From a bacterium (GTDB lineage Bacteria > UBA8248), in NCBI GenBank assembly GCA_965219955.1, contig OZ244799.1, forward strand, positions 928,001-992,000: DNA of 64,000 nt. The letters are read 5' to 3'. Positions 1 through 9,860 of the stretch are shown here, one piece after another. A program made the position numbers and the translations under genes. Within the stretch, counting starts at the first letter, position 1; each line of letters opens with the position of its first letter. Below the pieces are notes generated by a model. It saw only the letters and a program-made list of their open reading frames with translations. It made no database searches and was not told where the DNA came from.

Positions 1-54
1 TCTTGATATAATGGAATACGGGCCGACCGTGCGTCCGCCGGCAGGGCAGACGTC

Positions 55-1212
55 ATGATCAAACGAGATGCGTTCGATCGCATCCTGGCATCGATGCACG
101 AAGCGGCGCTGGACGATTCCCGCTGGTCGAGCGCCTCTGCGCTGATCGACGATGCCCTCGGCGTGCACGGCAACTGCCTGGCGTTTGCCGACTTGAACTC
201 CAGCAGGGAATTACAGTTCTCATTTGTGGGGATATTCTTCCGCGGGCAACGGCACCATGAATTGGAACGCGAGTATCTCGAAGACTACTATTCCCTGGAC
301 GAACGAGTCCCCCGTTTTGGGAAAGTTCCTGACAGCCGACTGTACCATATTACCGACCTCTTCACCGAAGAGGAACTGAAGCACTCCGTGGTATACAACG
401 ATTTCGCGCCCCGTATGCATGCCCGGAACAGTATCAACCTGCGCCTGGACGGACCCGAGGGCTTGAGCTTTTGCTGGGGCATCAACGATCCGGTTGACGG
501 TAACGGCTGGTCGTCCGCCCGGCTCGACTCGATCCGGCGTCTCCTGCCCCATATCCGTCAGTACATGCGCGTCCGGCAGGCGCTGGGCAGCGCCGGTGCG
601 CTGGGCGCCTCCCTCACGCAGATGCTCGATACCACCGGGGCGGGCATCATCCAGCTCGATCGACACGGGCGCATCGTGGAAATGAACGACCTCGCCCGGG
701 ATTTGCTGCGAACAGGAGACGGCCTGTTCGATGCGCGCGGTTCCCTGTTCGCCCGCGCGCCACAGGACAACGCCAAACTCCAGGGAGTCCTGAATCGGGC
801 GTTGCCGCCGTTCGGGACTCAGGGCGTCGGCGGCTCGACGGTGGTGAGACGCGCATCGGCCCTGCCGCTGGCGGTGCACGTCAACCCGGTGGATCGGCAG
901 GAAACGGACTACGGTGTTTGGCCGGTCGCTGCCCTCATGCTGGTCGTGGACCCGGCGAGCCGGCACCGCATCGATCCGGCCGTGGCCGGAGCGGTTCTCG
1001 GCCTCACCAAAATGGAGAGCCAGGTGGCGGTGCTGTTGGCCGAAGGCAGGAGCGTCGCTCAGATCGCCGCGGCGTTCGGCCGAAAGGAAAGCACGATCCG
1101 CTGGCACGTGAAGCAAATATCCTCCAAGCTCGGCCTCTCCCGGCAGGTGGATCTGGTGCGGCTTGTGCTGTCGCTGCCCGGCGTTCAAAGAGCCTCGATA
1201 CTGAATGTTTAA
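55..1212 (+). CDS. LuxR-family helix-turn-helix transcriptional regulator with central PAS-like domain
   Basis: C-terminal LuxR HTH (LTKMESQVAVLLAEGRSVAQIAAAFGRKESTIRWHVKQISSKLG) and PAS-like segment (GIIQLDRHGRIVEMN). Confidence 0.85.
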   Translation: MIKRDAFDRILASMHEAALDDSRWSSASALIDDALGVHGNCLAFADLNSSRELQFSFVGIFFRGQRHHELEREYLEDYYSLDERVPRFGKVPDSRLYHITDLFTEEELKHSVVYNDFAPRMHARNSINLRLDGPEGLSFCWGINDPVDGNGWSSARLDSIRRLLPHIRQYMRVRQALGSAGALGASLTQMLDTTGAGIIQLDRHGRIVEMNDLARDLLRTGDGLFDARGSLFARAPQDNAKLQGVLNRALPPFGTQGVGGSTVVRRASALPLAVHVNPVDRQETDYGVWPVAALMLVVDPASRHRIDPAVAGAVLGLTKMESQVAVLLAEGRSVAQIAAAFGRKESTIRWHVKQISSKLGLSRQVDLVRLVLSLPGVQRASILNV

Positions 1213-1287
1213 GCCGTCCTGGCGCGGCGGCGACATCCTTCGTTTTCCCGAAAATTTCACCAAAAAAGCAAAAAATTTCGCAATATC

Positions 1288-1332
1288 CCCCCAAATCTGG
1301 GGGCGCGGAAGAAACGCACGTCTGCCTATAGT
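1288..1332 (+). promoter_or_regulatory. Palindromic operator CCCCCA-AATC-TGGGGG plus -10 element TATAGT (putative LuxR-type activated promoter)
   Basis: Perfect 6-bp inverted repeat at 1288-1303, about 31 nt upstream (centre to start) of TATAGT at 1327-1332. It lies between the LuxR gene and the lipoprotein gene. Confidence 0.5.
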
Positions 1333-1611
1333 TCAAGCATTGCAATAGATCTGAACACGCAGCACCGGGATGGACAGGAATCTTCGCACCGGTTGGCGCG
1401 ACGGGAGGTATACCGGTGACTTTGCCAGGAATTTCGTATTCAACGAAATACAACCCGCTACAAATGAACCCGCCGGAACCAATCGCACGGATCATCGATG
1501 CGGCGGCGTCACCATTACCAAATTCACCGACGGTGTGGGTGCGATATACCTCCGGATGGTTATCGTCATTTTTGGGAATTAGATACGAGACTCATTAGAG
1601 GAGGAATATAA

Positions 1612-3384
1612 ATGCCGGAGATTCCAGTGCTGATGGCGAAGTCCTCTCGATTCCCCACGTTCGCGACTCGAATTTTAACTATGGTAGCGATCGTCGTAAT
1701 CTTGGCCAGTTGCGGCGGGGGAGGCGGAGGTGGCGCTAGCATGCCCAACACCGGCGGCCCGATGGTAATACCGGTGCAGCCGGAAATACCCGAGCAGCAG
1801 CCGGATGAACCCATGCCCAACACGGAGCTTGGGCAGATCACCGGATGGCGGAACAACCCGTCGGCTCAGGATCTCCTCGATCACTGGAACGATCCGGATG
1901 GTCTGCGGCAGGGAATCGGTGCGGGGCTTGTCGGGCTGAACGGTAGCGACGCCACCGCCCGCCTCGACACGTTGCGCACAATTCTGCAAGCGCCCACAGA
2001 TTCATCGGATGATTCCAAAACGCTTTTGCGCAACGTTGACATTGGATCGATGACGGTGGTCGGGGAGCGCGACGGCATCACCTATGGGCAATGGAAAAGC
2101 GGTCCTGCCGGAACGCTCGACATAGACTTTGACTATAGGTTTGCGCCGGAACTCGATTCGACCGACCGAGCGATGATCGAACGGGCCGGAAAGTCGTGGT
2201 CATGGCGACTCGGGGATGATTTCGGAATCCGTACAATCGATGCCGGTCAGCGAATTGCTCGGAGCCTAACTGTTGAAGGGATAACCCTGGAGGAGCTTCG
2301 GCTGGACGAGGAGGTGACCACGGACGGTCATCTGGTCTTCGTGGATCGCCACGACGGAACTCGAAGAAGCTTGGGAGGAAAAAGGTATAGAACAAATCAA
2401 AGCGACATCGGTAGCATTAATTTTGAGCCTCTCTTTGGTTATGTCAGGTTAGGACAACCAAGATTCGATGAAGTGAGCAGTCGAGGGAATCTCCGCCTGG
2501 TGGGTTTAATAGCGCACGAAATCGGACACACGCTTGGCATAACCTTAGGTTTAAGTAATCCCAATCTTCCTTTATACAACGAACTTGTTGATGAGCAAGC
2601 GGGCACCTTCAACGGACCAAGGGCCGTGGAGGCGAATGGTGGAAGGCCAGTGCCGTTTCAATGGCTCGACGCAAATCGCAGATCGGTTGCACCGGGAACC
2701 ATCGGCGCTTCGATAGATCCCGGTCATCTAGGACCGTGCACATCAGTCATGTCCTACTGCAGAGGAGAAAATAATCTATACGCTCCCTCGGAACTCGATT
2801 TCGCGTTTCTCGCAGACATAGGGTACGAGGTGCTCGATAAAGGAGTCGAGGAAGAGCCGGAGGTCTATGGATTTGGCGCTTGGGGTCGTTACAGCGCATG
2901 GGGCGCAGGCGTAGAACGCACTATCAGTTATCAGGAACAAATTAGCGGGGGTTTTAAGAATCTCTCGGTGCGTGACTCATTGCGTGCCGGCGCCGACGCG
3001 TTCGGCATTGCTCCGACCACGAGCCTTACCGATGAGCATGGACCGCAAGGGAGCGTAACATGGTCGGGGTCGCTCATAGGCGTCGACCTGGGGAGTCCGC
3101 GCCTCGCGCCTGTTTTCGGAGTTGCGGAAGTCACAGTAGATTTGACAAGCCTCGACGGCACCGCCGAATTCAACAACCTCACGGTGGTCAATGACGGTCA
3201 GGCCGCCGCCTTTCGTATGTCGAACCTGAACTATGCCATCGAAGTGACGGGTAATACCTTCTCGGACTCGGGAGGTCGAATCGGGGGAGGCTTCTTCGGG
3301 CCGGCCCAGGAGGAAATGGCCGGCGTGCTTCGTGACGAGGCGACAAACGTCAATCTCCTGGGCGGATTCGGGGGCAAGCGTTGA
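1612..3384 (+). CDS. Surface lipoprotein with zinc metalloprotease (HExxH) domain and C-terminal TbpB-like beta-barrel
   Basis: RBS AGAGGAGGA; lipobox LASC34 followed by poly-Gly; AHEIGHTLG zincin motif with later GH and SVMSY; C-terminus IGGGFFGPAQEEMAG...GGFGGKR typical of TbpB-like barrels. Confidence 0.75.
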   Translation: MPEIPVLMAKSSRFPTFATRILTMVAIVVILASCGGGGGGGASMPNTGGPMVIPVQPEIPEQQPDEPMPNTELGQITGWRNNPSAQDLLDHWNDPDGLRQGIGAGLVGLNGSDATARLDTLRTILQAPTDSSDDSKTLLRNVDIGSMTVVGERDGITYGQWKSGPAGTLDIDFDYRFAPELDSTDRAMIERAGKSWSWRLGDDFGIRTIDAGQRIARSLTVEGITLEELRLDEEVTTDGHLVFVDRHDGTRRSLGGKRYRTNQSDIGSINFEPLFGYVRLGQPRFDEVSSRGNLRLVGLIAHEIGHTLGITLGLSNPNLPLYNELVDEQAGTFNGPRAVEANGGRPVPFQWLDANRRSVAPGTIGASIDPGHLGPCTSVMSYCRGENNLYAPSELDFAFLADIGYEVLDKGVEEEPEVYGFGAWGRYSAWGAGVERTISYQEQISGGFKNLSVRDSLRAGADAFGIAPTTSLTDEHGPQGSVTWSGSLIGVDLGSPRLAPVFGVAEVTVDLTSLDGTAEFNNLTVVNDGQAAAFRMSNLNYAIEVTGNTFSDSGGRIGGGFFGPAQEEMAGVLRDEATNVNLLGGFGGKR

Positions 3385-3508
3385 TGTATGGAGCGATTTT
3401 CGTCAGTGAAGATAATGCATATAGAGACCGTCACCGGGCGAATTCCGGCGAACGTGGAACCTGACAACGCGGGAATTCCATTTTATGTGAATCAACGAAG
3501 GAGCAGAC

Positions 3509-4180
3509 ATGAGTACCCTGCGTATTGCAGCGCTTTTCATTCTGACGGTCGTGTTTTCCCTTGGCATCTATACGCCGGCATGGGCCTGGAACGAAGAGAC
3601 GACGGCGGACAGCTTCCACAAGATTGCATGCGCGGGCTACCCGCCGAGTTCGTCACCTTGGCATGTGGGAAACCTCTATGATTGCGGGGCCCGCGAGATG
3701 TTCGTTCCCTACCAGCTATGGACGGGTGCGGAGTGGGACGGCCGCAAGGACGGTCCCTGCATGCACAAGGCCGACACCACCTTCACTGTCAACAACAGGA
3801 GCGAGACGAGGATATGGGGGCCCAAGAAATGGCGCAATCCGAAAACGGACAAAGAAGAAATGGTTTGGGTGCGAGAAAAAGTCCAGGGATTTAAGGAGCA
3901 GTACTTCAACTGTCATGAAAAAGGGATTGGCAGGCTTTACGACAGCAGGCGCCCACGTTATTACCGGACCGGGCGTTGCAAGTTCCCTGCCGGGCAGGGT
4001 TGGAAAATTCGCTCGAAGAGGGACTGCGTCAAAACTTCGTTGAATATCACCCACGTCGGTCTGGATGATAAAGGCCACCTGAGCGAGCTTGAGTTCGAGT
4101 ATTGGTCCAGGCGGGACAGGCTGGATCACATCTACCGCTACGTCCCGAATCAGGGGATGACGAACGCCTGGAAGCAGTGA
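3509..4180 (+). CDS. Secreted Cys-containing hypothetical protein
   Basis: RBS AAGGAG; N-terminal signal peptide ending AWA; several Cys; no family recognised. Confidence 0.7.
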   Translation: MSTLRIAALFILTVVFSLGIYTPAWAWNEETTADSFHKIACAGYPPSSSPWHVGNLYDCGAREMFVPYQLWTGAEWDGRKDGPCMHKADTTFTVNNRSETRIWGPKKWRNPKTDKEEMVWVREKVQGFKEQYFNCHEKGIGRLYDSRRPRYYRTGRCKFPAGQGWKIRSKRDCVKTSLNITHVGLDDKGHLSELEFEYWSRRDRLDHIYRYVPNQGMTNAWKQ

Positions 4181-4208
4181 AACGCCCCGATCAGACATAA
4201 TCTGGAGG

Positions 4209-4967
4209 ATGCCCATGACCAGAATCTTTTTGCTTAGCGTATGCCTTGCGCTTGCGGCTCTCGCACCCATGACGGCCTATGGAGCTACAACCGAGCGCGG
4301 CGCCATCACCGTTGACGGCAAGCGGTACCGCACGGAGCTTCACCTGCCGAAGGCGGCCGGCCCCGTCCCGCTGGTGGTCATGATTCCGGGAACTTCCGGG
4401 GTCGACCGGAGGCAGGCGTTTTACCGGTCGCACCTGCTGCGCGCTGGGATAGGGACATTCGTTTTAGACATCAAGACCGGCATCTTCAGGAGCCGCCGCG
4501 ACCGCCCCCCGGCGGATGACAACATACCGGTGGTGCTGGAGGCCGCGCGACAGATTCGCAAACGCGCCGACGTGGACGGCAAGCGTATCGGGATCATGGG
4601 TTGGTCTTACGGCGGCACGGTGGCGTTTCGTATGGTGAATACCGAAAAGACGCCTGCTCCGGTCTTCGCCGCCCACGTGGGAATCTACGGCGGGTGCACG
4701 CGCAGCACCAGGGTGAGTTTGTACAATCTTCCGATGCTGATGCTGATGGGCACCGCCGACACGTATGTGGACCCCGACAGGTGCTTTCAATTCCAGCACA
4801 ACCACAACGTGCCCGTGATTTTCTTTGAAGGCGCGCATCACGGGTACGACAAGAAGGGAGTGAACCGCAACCGGCGCGGCCGGATCATGAGATGGGATGA
4901 AGATGCGGCCCACAAATCCCGCGATCACGTGGTGCGGTTCTTCAAGAAGCACTTGATATCTCAATAA
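4209..4967 (+). CDS. Secreted alpha/beta hydrolase, dienelactone hydrolase family
   Basis: Signal peptide; nucleophile elbow GWSYGG; GTAD (Asp) and GAHHGYD (His) triad motifs. The ORF's in-frame MPM start may begin at ATG 4209 or 4215. Confidence 0.85.
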   Translation: MPMTRIFLLSVCLALAALAPMTAYGATTERGAITVDGKRYRTELHLPKAAGPVPLVVMIPGTSGVDRRQAFYRSHLLRAGIGTFVLDIKTGIFRSRRDRPPADDNIPVVLEAARQIRKRADVDGKRIGIMGWSYGGTVAFRMVNTEKTPAPVFAAHVGIYGGCTRSTRVSLYNLPMLMLMGTADTYVDPDRCFQFQHNHNVPVIFFEGAHHGYDKKGVNRNRRGRIMRWDEDAAHKSRDHVVRFFKKHLISQ

Positions 4968-5111
4968 CAGGCAATAGACACTGCCTGGGGATAACGCAAA
5001 TCATTATTCTTAAACGCGACCCATTCATTTGTTCGTAATTTAGGCGGTGGGATTCTGCCTGAGCGGGATGGGCGTGTTCGCGCTCCTCCTCGGGAAACCC
5101 GACCCCCAGGC

Positions 5112-5526
5112 GGCTGTTGAAAAAGTTCCTTGGAGCGATTTTGGTTGAGGCAAGTTTTTGAAGTTCACTCCCCCTTGAGGGTCTGTTGAAAAAGCCTTGA
5201 TGAACGAGGGATGGCGAATTATGGCCGCGCTCGCCGCGGATGAAAATTTCAACCGTAGGGGCGGGCCTCCGTGCCCGCCCGTATCGGGAATGTCCATGCC
5301 CGTAAGAGGCCTCGGACAGGCACGGAGGCCTGTCCCTACTAAACCATCACGTCTGCGACCTCCGTAAACCGCCGACGCCTCTCTCCTCACCCTGAGTAGC
5401 CGCCGAAGGCGGCGTATCGAAGGGCGAGAGGGGGTCGAACGCCTCGCGCCGGGCGAGAGGGCATCCTTCGATACGCGGCTCCGCCGCTACTCAGGATGAG
5501 GCGGATAGGGGTTTTTCAACAGCCCC
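5112..5526. mobile_element. Composite MITE/REP cluster (two left TGTTGAAAAA ends, GTAG pair, CCTCA/GAAGG pair, right end)
   Basis: GGCTGTTGAAAAAG 5112; GGGTCTGTTGAAAAAGCC 5179; GTAG palindromes 5255-5280/5314-5339; B palindromes 5385-5424/5463-5501; GGGGTTTTTCAACAGCCCC 5508-5526. The reverse complement of ~5350-5526 closely matches 25657-25835. Confidence 0.75.
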
Positions 5527-5582
5527 GATAGGGAGGATTCGATCTTCACGGGGGCATGCGGTTTGCGGTTGCTTCCGGCGCC

Positions 5583-7205
5583 CTAGTGCCCGCCGCGGGC
5601 CTCGGCGGTGATGAGTTCCAGGATCTCCTGGCTGGTTATCGCGCCCACGAACTCGCCCGATTCGCGCTCCATCACCGGCAAGACCGTCAGGGAGTTTTCC
5701 GTCATCCGCTGCAGGGCGTCCTCCACGTGCTCGTCCGGCCATGTGTTCAGCTCGGTTTCCCGCGCGATCTTGCCGAGCGGGGTATCGGGCCACGAATGCC
5801 TGGGAAGATAGCGGAGCATCGCGAGCGACACGATGCCGACCAGCACGTCCCCCTCCGCCACCACGTAGTCCTGCTGGTGGGTCGCGATCCACTCCTCCGC
5901 GAACTCGCGCACCGTGAGCCCGGGACCCGGATAGCCGCGCGTGCGGTCGATGACGTCGCCCACGGTGATGTCTTCCAGGGCGAACCGGACAAGCGCGGGC
6001 GGCAGGGTCGGCGGCGGCGTGAACCGTCCGGAGGGCTTGGCGCGGCTCACCGCGAAGCTGATGACCGGCGGCGCGAAAAGGATGTAGGCCAGCATGATGA
6101 AAACGAACAGCGAGAAAACGGCCTGCCCGATGACCTCGTGCTCCAGGAGCACGAGCAGGACGGCGATCTCCGCCACGCCCTTGGCCATGAGTCCCGTCGA
6201 GAAGGCGAAAGGCGAATCGATCCGCGCCACCAGTGCGCCCAGAGCCGCGCCGGCGAACTTTCCGAGCAGGGGGACCACCACCAGCGCCGCAATGGTCAAC
6301 GCCGGCAACCCGGTGAACGAGAGGCTCAGGTGCAGTCCGGCCGAGGAGAAGAAAAGGGGCACGAAAAACCCGTCGGCGATGCTCTTCAAGCTCGGGACGA
6401 TCTCGCGCTGCACCTGATGGGGCAGCCTCGCCAGGGCGACGCCCAGGAGCAGGGCGCCGAGAGAGCCGTGCAGGCCGAGCCTTTCGGCGCACACGACCGA
6501 AACGAGCAGGATGCCCAGGATGATGCCGAAAGAAAGCTGGGGGACGCGCAGCAGACGCTCCAGATACACGATCAGCAGCGGAATGACCCGCCCCGCCAGT
6601 ACCCATGTCACCACGATGAAGGCGGCGATCTGCCCCAGCAGGAGGAGCACCCCCGTCCAGCTCAGGGAGTGGGCGTGCTCGCCGATGGTCATTCCCACCA
6701 TCAGCAGCACCAGCAACTCGGCGATGAGCGCGGTGGTGAACAGCTCGATCCCGATGGGTTCCCGCAGGCGGTCGGTGTCGATCAGCACCTTGGCGAGGAC
6801 GCCCAGACTCGTCAGCGCCAAAACACCCGCGAGAGCCAGCGAGCCGTTGAAATCGAGCCCGAGCCCGAAATCGTGGAACAGGTCGAAGGTGATCGCCAGA
6901 GACGCCATGATGGGAATGATGACCGAAATGACGGCAGCCACGAAGAACCGCCCGCTCAGGGCCGCCATGAACCCCGTGACGTCGATCTCGTCCAGGCCGA
7001 TGAGGAAGAAATAGAGGAAGATGCCGAGGGCCAGGAAGATTTGGATGTAGCCGTTGAGTTCGACGAGGCCCAGAACGGGGCCGAGAAGGACGCCCGTCGC
7101 CATGTACGCGACGATCGAGTTCAGCCGGAAACGCCGGAAAATGCCCTCGGCCAGCTTGGCGACGACAATCAGCAGGCCGATGGAGAGTAGCGCATCTTCA
7201 AGCAT
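5583..7205 (-). CDS. Cation:proton antiporter (CPA2/KefB-like) with C-terminal CBS pair, paralog 1
   Basis: About 13 hydrophobic segments (GVLLGP, FLIGLDEID, LALTSLGV) and a CBS-like C-terminus (VGIVS, LPVME..GAIT). ATG at 7205 preferred; the ORF extends to TTG 7250. Confidence 0.85.
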   Translation of the reverse strand: MLEDALLSIGLLIVVAKLAEGIFRRFRLNSIVAYMATGVLLGPVLGLVELNGYIQIFLALGIFLYFFLIGLDEIDVTGFMAALSGRFFVAAVISVIIPIMASLAITFDLFHDFGLGLDFNGSLALAGVLALTSLGVLAKVLIDTDRLREPIGIELFTTALIAELLVLLMVGMTIGEHAHSLSWTGVLLLLGQIAAFIVVTWVLAGRVIPLLIVYLERLLRVPQLSFGIILGILLVSVVCAERLGLHGSLGALLLGVALARLPHQVQREIVPSLKSIADGFFVPLFFSSAGLHLSLSFTGLPALTIAALVVVPLLGKFAGAALGALVARIDSPFAFSTGLMAKGVAEIAVLLVLLEHEVIGQAVFSLFVFIMLAYILFAPPVISFAVSRAKPSGRFTPPPTLPPALVRFALEDITVGDVIDRTRGYPGPGLTVREFAEEWIATHQQDYVVAEGDVLVGIVSLAMLRYLPRHSWPDTPLGKIARETELNTWPDEHVEDALQRMTENSLTVLPVMERESGEFVGAITSQEILELITAEARGGH

Positions 7206-7286
7206 GTCTTGTTCCGTGGTCGAGAGTGGTGTGGCTACGTAAAAAATCAAACATGTTGAACGATCGGTTCGAATCGAAGTTTATCC

Positions 7287-7316
7287 AATCTACGCCGTTT
7301 TTCAATAGCCGCGCAA
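7287..7316 (-). promoter_or_regulatory. Putative sigma70 promoter of antiporter paralog 1
   Basis: Minus strand TTGCGC-N18-TAGATT. Both hexamers are identical upstream of paralog 2 while the spacer has diverged. Confidence 0.55.
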
Positions 7317-7380
7317 GTTTTTTTCTCCCCGGCGGGGAGGAAAGACGTCCGAGCGAGGAGGCGAAAAAGCAAGGCGAAAA

Positions 7381-8112
7381 TGGATTCCGGCTTTCGCCGG
7401 AATGACGGCCAAAACCCGAAACCGGGCGGAGCCGTAGGGACGGATATATTCGCGCATCGCCAGGACGTAACCGTAGGGACAACCCTCCGTGGTTGTCCTT
7501 CGCCAGGACAGGCGCGGAGGCCTGTCCCTACGGTGAACAATTCGATGATCGGGGTTCCCTCCCTGAAGGGATTGTGGCAAAAGTCGTTCCTGATCGGAAT
7601 TGGCCACCACCGTCATTCCGGCGAAAGCCGGAATCCATTTTATGCTTTTTGCTTATTTTCGCATTTGATTCTGACTCTCGGAAAGGAACGCCGCGCCCGA
7701 AGCCCGAACGGGTGAAGCGGATATATATGGCGGCGTCCGTATTTTCCCGGTCGGGAGAGAGGACGGCTAAGCGAAAGACCAAAGACAAAGGCGAAAATGG
7801 ATTCCGGCTTTCGCCGGAATGACGAACAAAAGCGAAGGTCAATCCCAAGCGAAGCGAGACTTTTTCAACAGGCCCCTCAAGGGGGGAGGGATTCTTGCTC
7901 CCTCATCGGTTGCCCCAAACCCTCATCCTGAGTAGGCGCGCAAGCGCCGTATCGAAGGATGGAAGGCGCAAACTTCGCCCTCTCGCCCGGCGCGAGGCTT
8001 GCCCTTCGATACGCCGCCATCGGCGGCTACTCAGGGTGAGGAATGAGGCGTTGGCGGTTTGCGAGGGGGGGGTGGGTCAGGCTGTTTCAACAAACCCCTC
8101 GAGGCGGGAGTG
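7381..8112. repeat. Dense intergenic REP/MITE cluster
   Basis: CGTC-type palindromes at 7381-7407, 7611-7637, 7798-7824; GTAG pair 7473-7498/7506-7531; MITE-like unit 7568-7876; B pair 7921-7960/8002-8041; right end TTTCAACAAACCCC near 8085-8098. Confidence 0.8.
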
Positions 8113-8126
8113 ATTCTCCCGGCTCG

Positions 8127-9749
8127 CTAATGCGCGCCGCGGGCCTCGGCGGTCATGAGCTCCAGTATCTCCTGGCTGGAAATCGCGCCCACGAACGTGC
8201 GTGACTCCCGCTCGAGGACCGGCATCACCGTCAGAGAGTACTCCATCATCCGGTGCAGGGCGTTCTCCACGTGCTCGTCCGGCCAGGTGTTCGGTGTGTT
8301 CTCCCGCGCGATCTGGCCGATCGGGGTGTCGAACCAGGAGTCCTTGGGCAGGTAGCCGAGCATCGAGAGCGACACGATGCCGACCAGCGTGCCGTTTTCC
8401 GAGACCACGTAGTCGTGCTGATGGGGCACGATCCACTCGTCGGCGAATTTCCGCACCGAGAGTTCCGGGCCCGGATAGGCATGCGTCCGGTCGATGACGT
8501 CGCCGACGGTGATGTCGTCCAGGGCGAACCGGACAAGCGCGGGCGGCAGGGTCTCGGGCGGCGTGAACCGCCCGGAGGGCCTGGCGCGGCTCACGGCGAA
8601 ACCGATGAGCGGCGGCGAGAAAAGGATGTAGGTCAGCATGATGAGAACGAGCAGCGAGAATACGGGCCGCCCGATGACGTCGTGTTCGTGGAGCACCAGC
8701 AGAATGGCGATTTCGACGACGCCCTTGGCCATCAGCCCGGTCGCGATGGTGAAAGGCGCGTCGAGCCGCGCCACGAGCGCGCCCAGGGACGCCCCGGCGA
8801 ACTTCGCGACCAGCGGGACCACCATCAGGGCTGCGATGGTCAGCAGGGGCAACTCGGTGAACGAGAGGTCCAGATGCAGCCCCGCCGAAGTGAAGAAAAG
8901 GGGCACGAAAAACCCGTCGGCGATGCTCTTGAGGCTCGGGACTATCTCGCGCTGCACCTGATGCGGGAGCCTCGAGAGGGCGACGCCGAAGACGAGCGCT
9001 CCCAGAGAGCCGTGCAGGCCGAACTTTTCGGCGAACACGACCACGATGAGCAGAATGCCGAGGATCAGGCCGAACGAAAGATGGGGCACGCGCAGCAGGC
9101 GTTCCAGCAACTCGATCAGGCGCGGAATAACCCGGCCCGCCAGCACCCAGGTCACCACGATGAAGCCCGCGATCTGCCCCAGCAGGATGAGCACCCCCGT
9201 CCAGTTCAGGGCGTGGGTGAACTCGCCGATGGTCAACCCCACCATGAGCAGCAACAGCAATTCGGCGATGAGCGCGGTCGTGAACATCTCGATCCCGATG
9301 GGCTGCCGCAGGCGGTCGGTGTCGATCAGCACCTTGGCGAGGACGCCCAGGCTGGTCAGGGACAGGACGCCCGCGAGAGCCAGCGCACCGTCGAAGTCGA
9401 GCCGCAACCCGAAATCGTGAAGCAAGTCCAGGGTGATGACCAGGGAGGCCAGGAGGGGGATGATGACCGAGATGAGCGCGGCGACGAAGAATCGTCCGCG
9501 CAGGGCCGCCATGAATCCCGTGACGTCGATCTCGTCCAGACCGATGAGAAAGAAATAGAGGAAGATGCCGAGTCCCAGCAGGACGTATAGCTGCTCGCTG
9601 AGGTCGACGAACCCCAGAACGGGTCCGAGAAGGACGCCCGTCGCCATGTACGCGATGATCGAACTCAGCCGCAAACGCCGGAAAATGCCCTCGGCCAACT
9701 TGGCGACGACGATCAGCAGGCCGACAGAGAGTAACGCATTTTCAAGCAT
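8127..9749 (-). CDS. Cation:proton antiporter (CPA2/KefB-like) with C-terminal CBS pair, paralog 2
   Basis: Same length as, and colinear with, paralog 1, with long identical stretches. ATG at 9749 preferred; the ORF extends to TTG 9794. Confidence 0.85.
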   Translation of the reverse strand: MLENALLSVGLLIVVAKLAEGIFRRLRLSSIIAYMATGVLLGPVLGFVDLSEQLYVLLGLGIFLYFFLIGLDEIDVTGFMAALRGRFFVAALISVIIPLLASLVITLDLLHDFGLRLDFDGALALAGVLSLTSLGVLAKVLIDTDRLRQPIGIEMFTTALIAELLLLLMVGLTIGEFTHALNWTGVLILLGQIAGFIVVTWVLAGRVIPRLIELLERLLRVPHLSFGLILGILLIVVVFAEKFGLHGSLGALVFGVALSRLPHQVQREIVPSLKSIADGFFVPLFFTSAGLHLDLSFTELPLLTIAALMVVPLVAKFAGASLGALVARLDAPFTIATGLMAKGVVEIAILLVLHEHDVIGRPVFSLLVLIMLTYILFSPPLIGFAVSRARPSGRFTPPETLPPALVRFALDDITVGDVIDRTHAYPGPELSVRKFADEWIVPHQHDYVVSENGTLVGIVSLSMLGYLPKDSWFDTPIGQIARENTPNTWPDEHVENALHRMMEYSLTVMPVLERESRTFVGAISSQEILELMTAEARGAH

Positions 9750-9830
9750 GCTTTGGTCCGTGGTCGAGAGTGGTGCGCCGTACGCGAAAATCAAACATAT
9801 TACACGACCGTTTCCGATCGAGGTTCATCC

Positions 9831-9860
9831 AATCTACGCCGTCTCATAACGGCCGCGCAA
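9831..9860 (-). promoter_or_regulatory. Putative sigma70 promoter of antiporter paralog 2
   Basis: Minus strand TTGCGC-N18-TAGATT, conserved with 7287-7316. Confidence 0.55.

Noticed and set aside
1370-1598. Small ORFs in the leader of the lipoprotein gene
   Set aside because: No convincing RBS or family resemblance; treated as non-coding leader.
7381-7824. Repeated 27-bp palindrome considered as a CRISPR repeat or integron attC site
   Set aside because: Copies alternate in orientation, spacing is irregular and dispersed, and there are no cas or integrase genes. It fits CGTC-type REPs.
5040-8126. Short ORFs across the repeat clusters (e.g. MDSGFRRND..., RHSGESRNP..., VIPAKAGI...)
   Set aside because: These are translations of REP palindromes that recur at every repeat locus, with no gene-like features.
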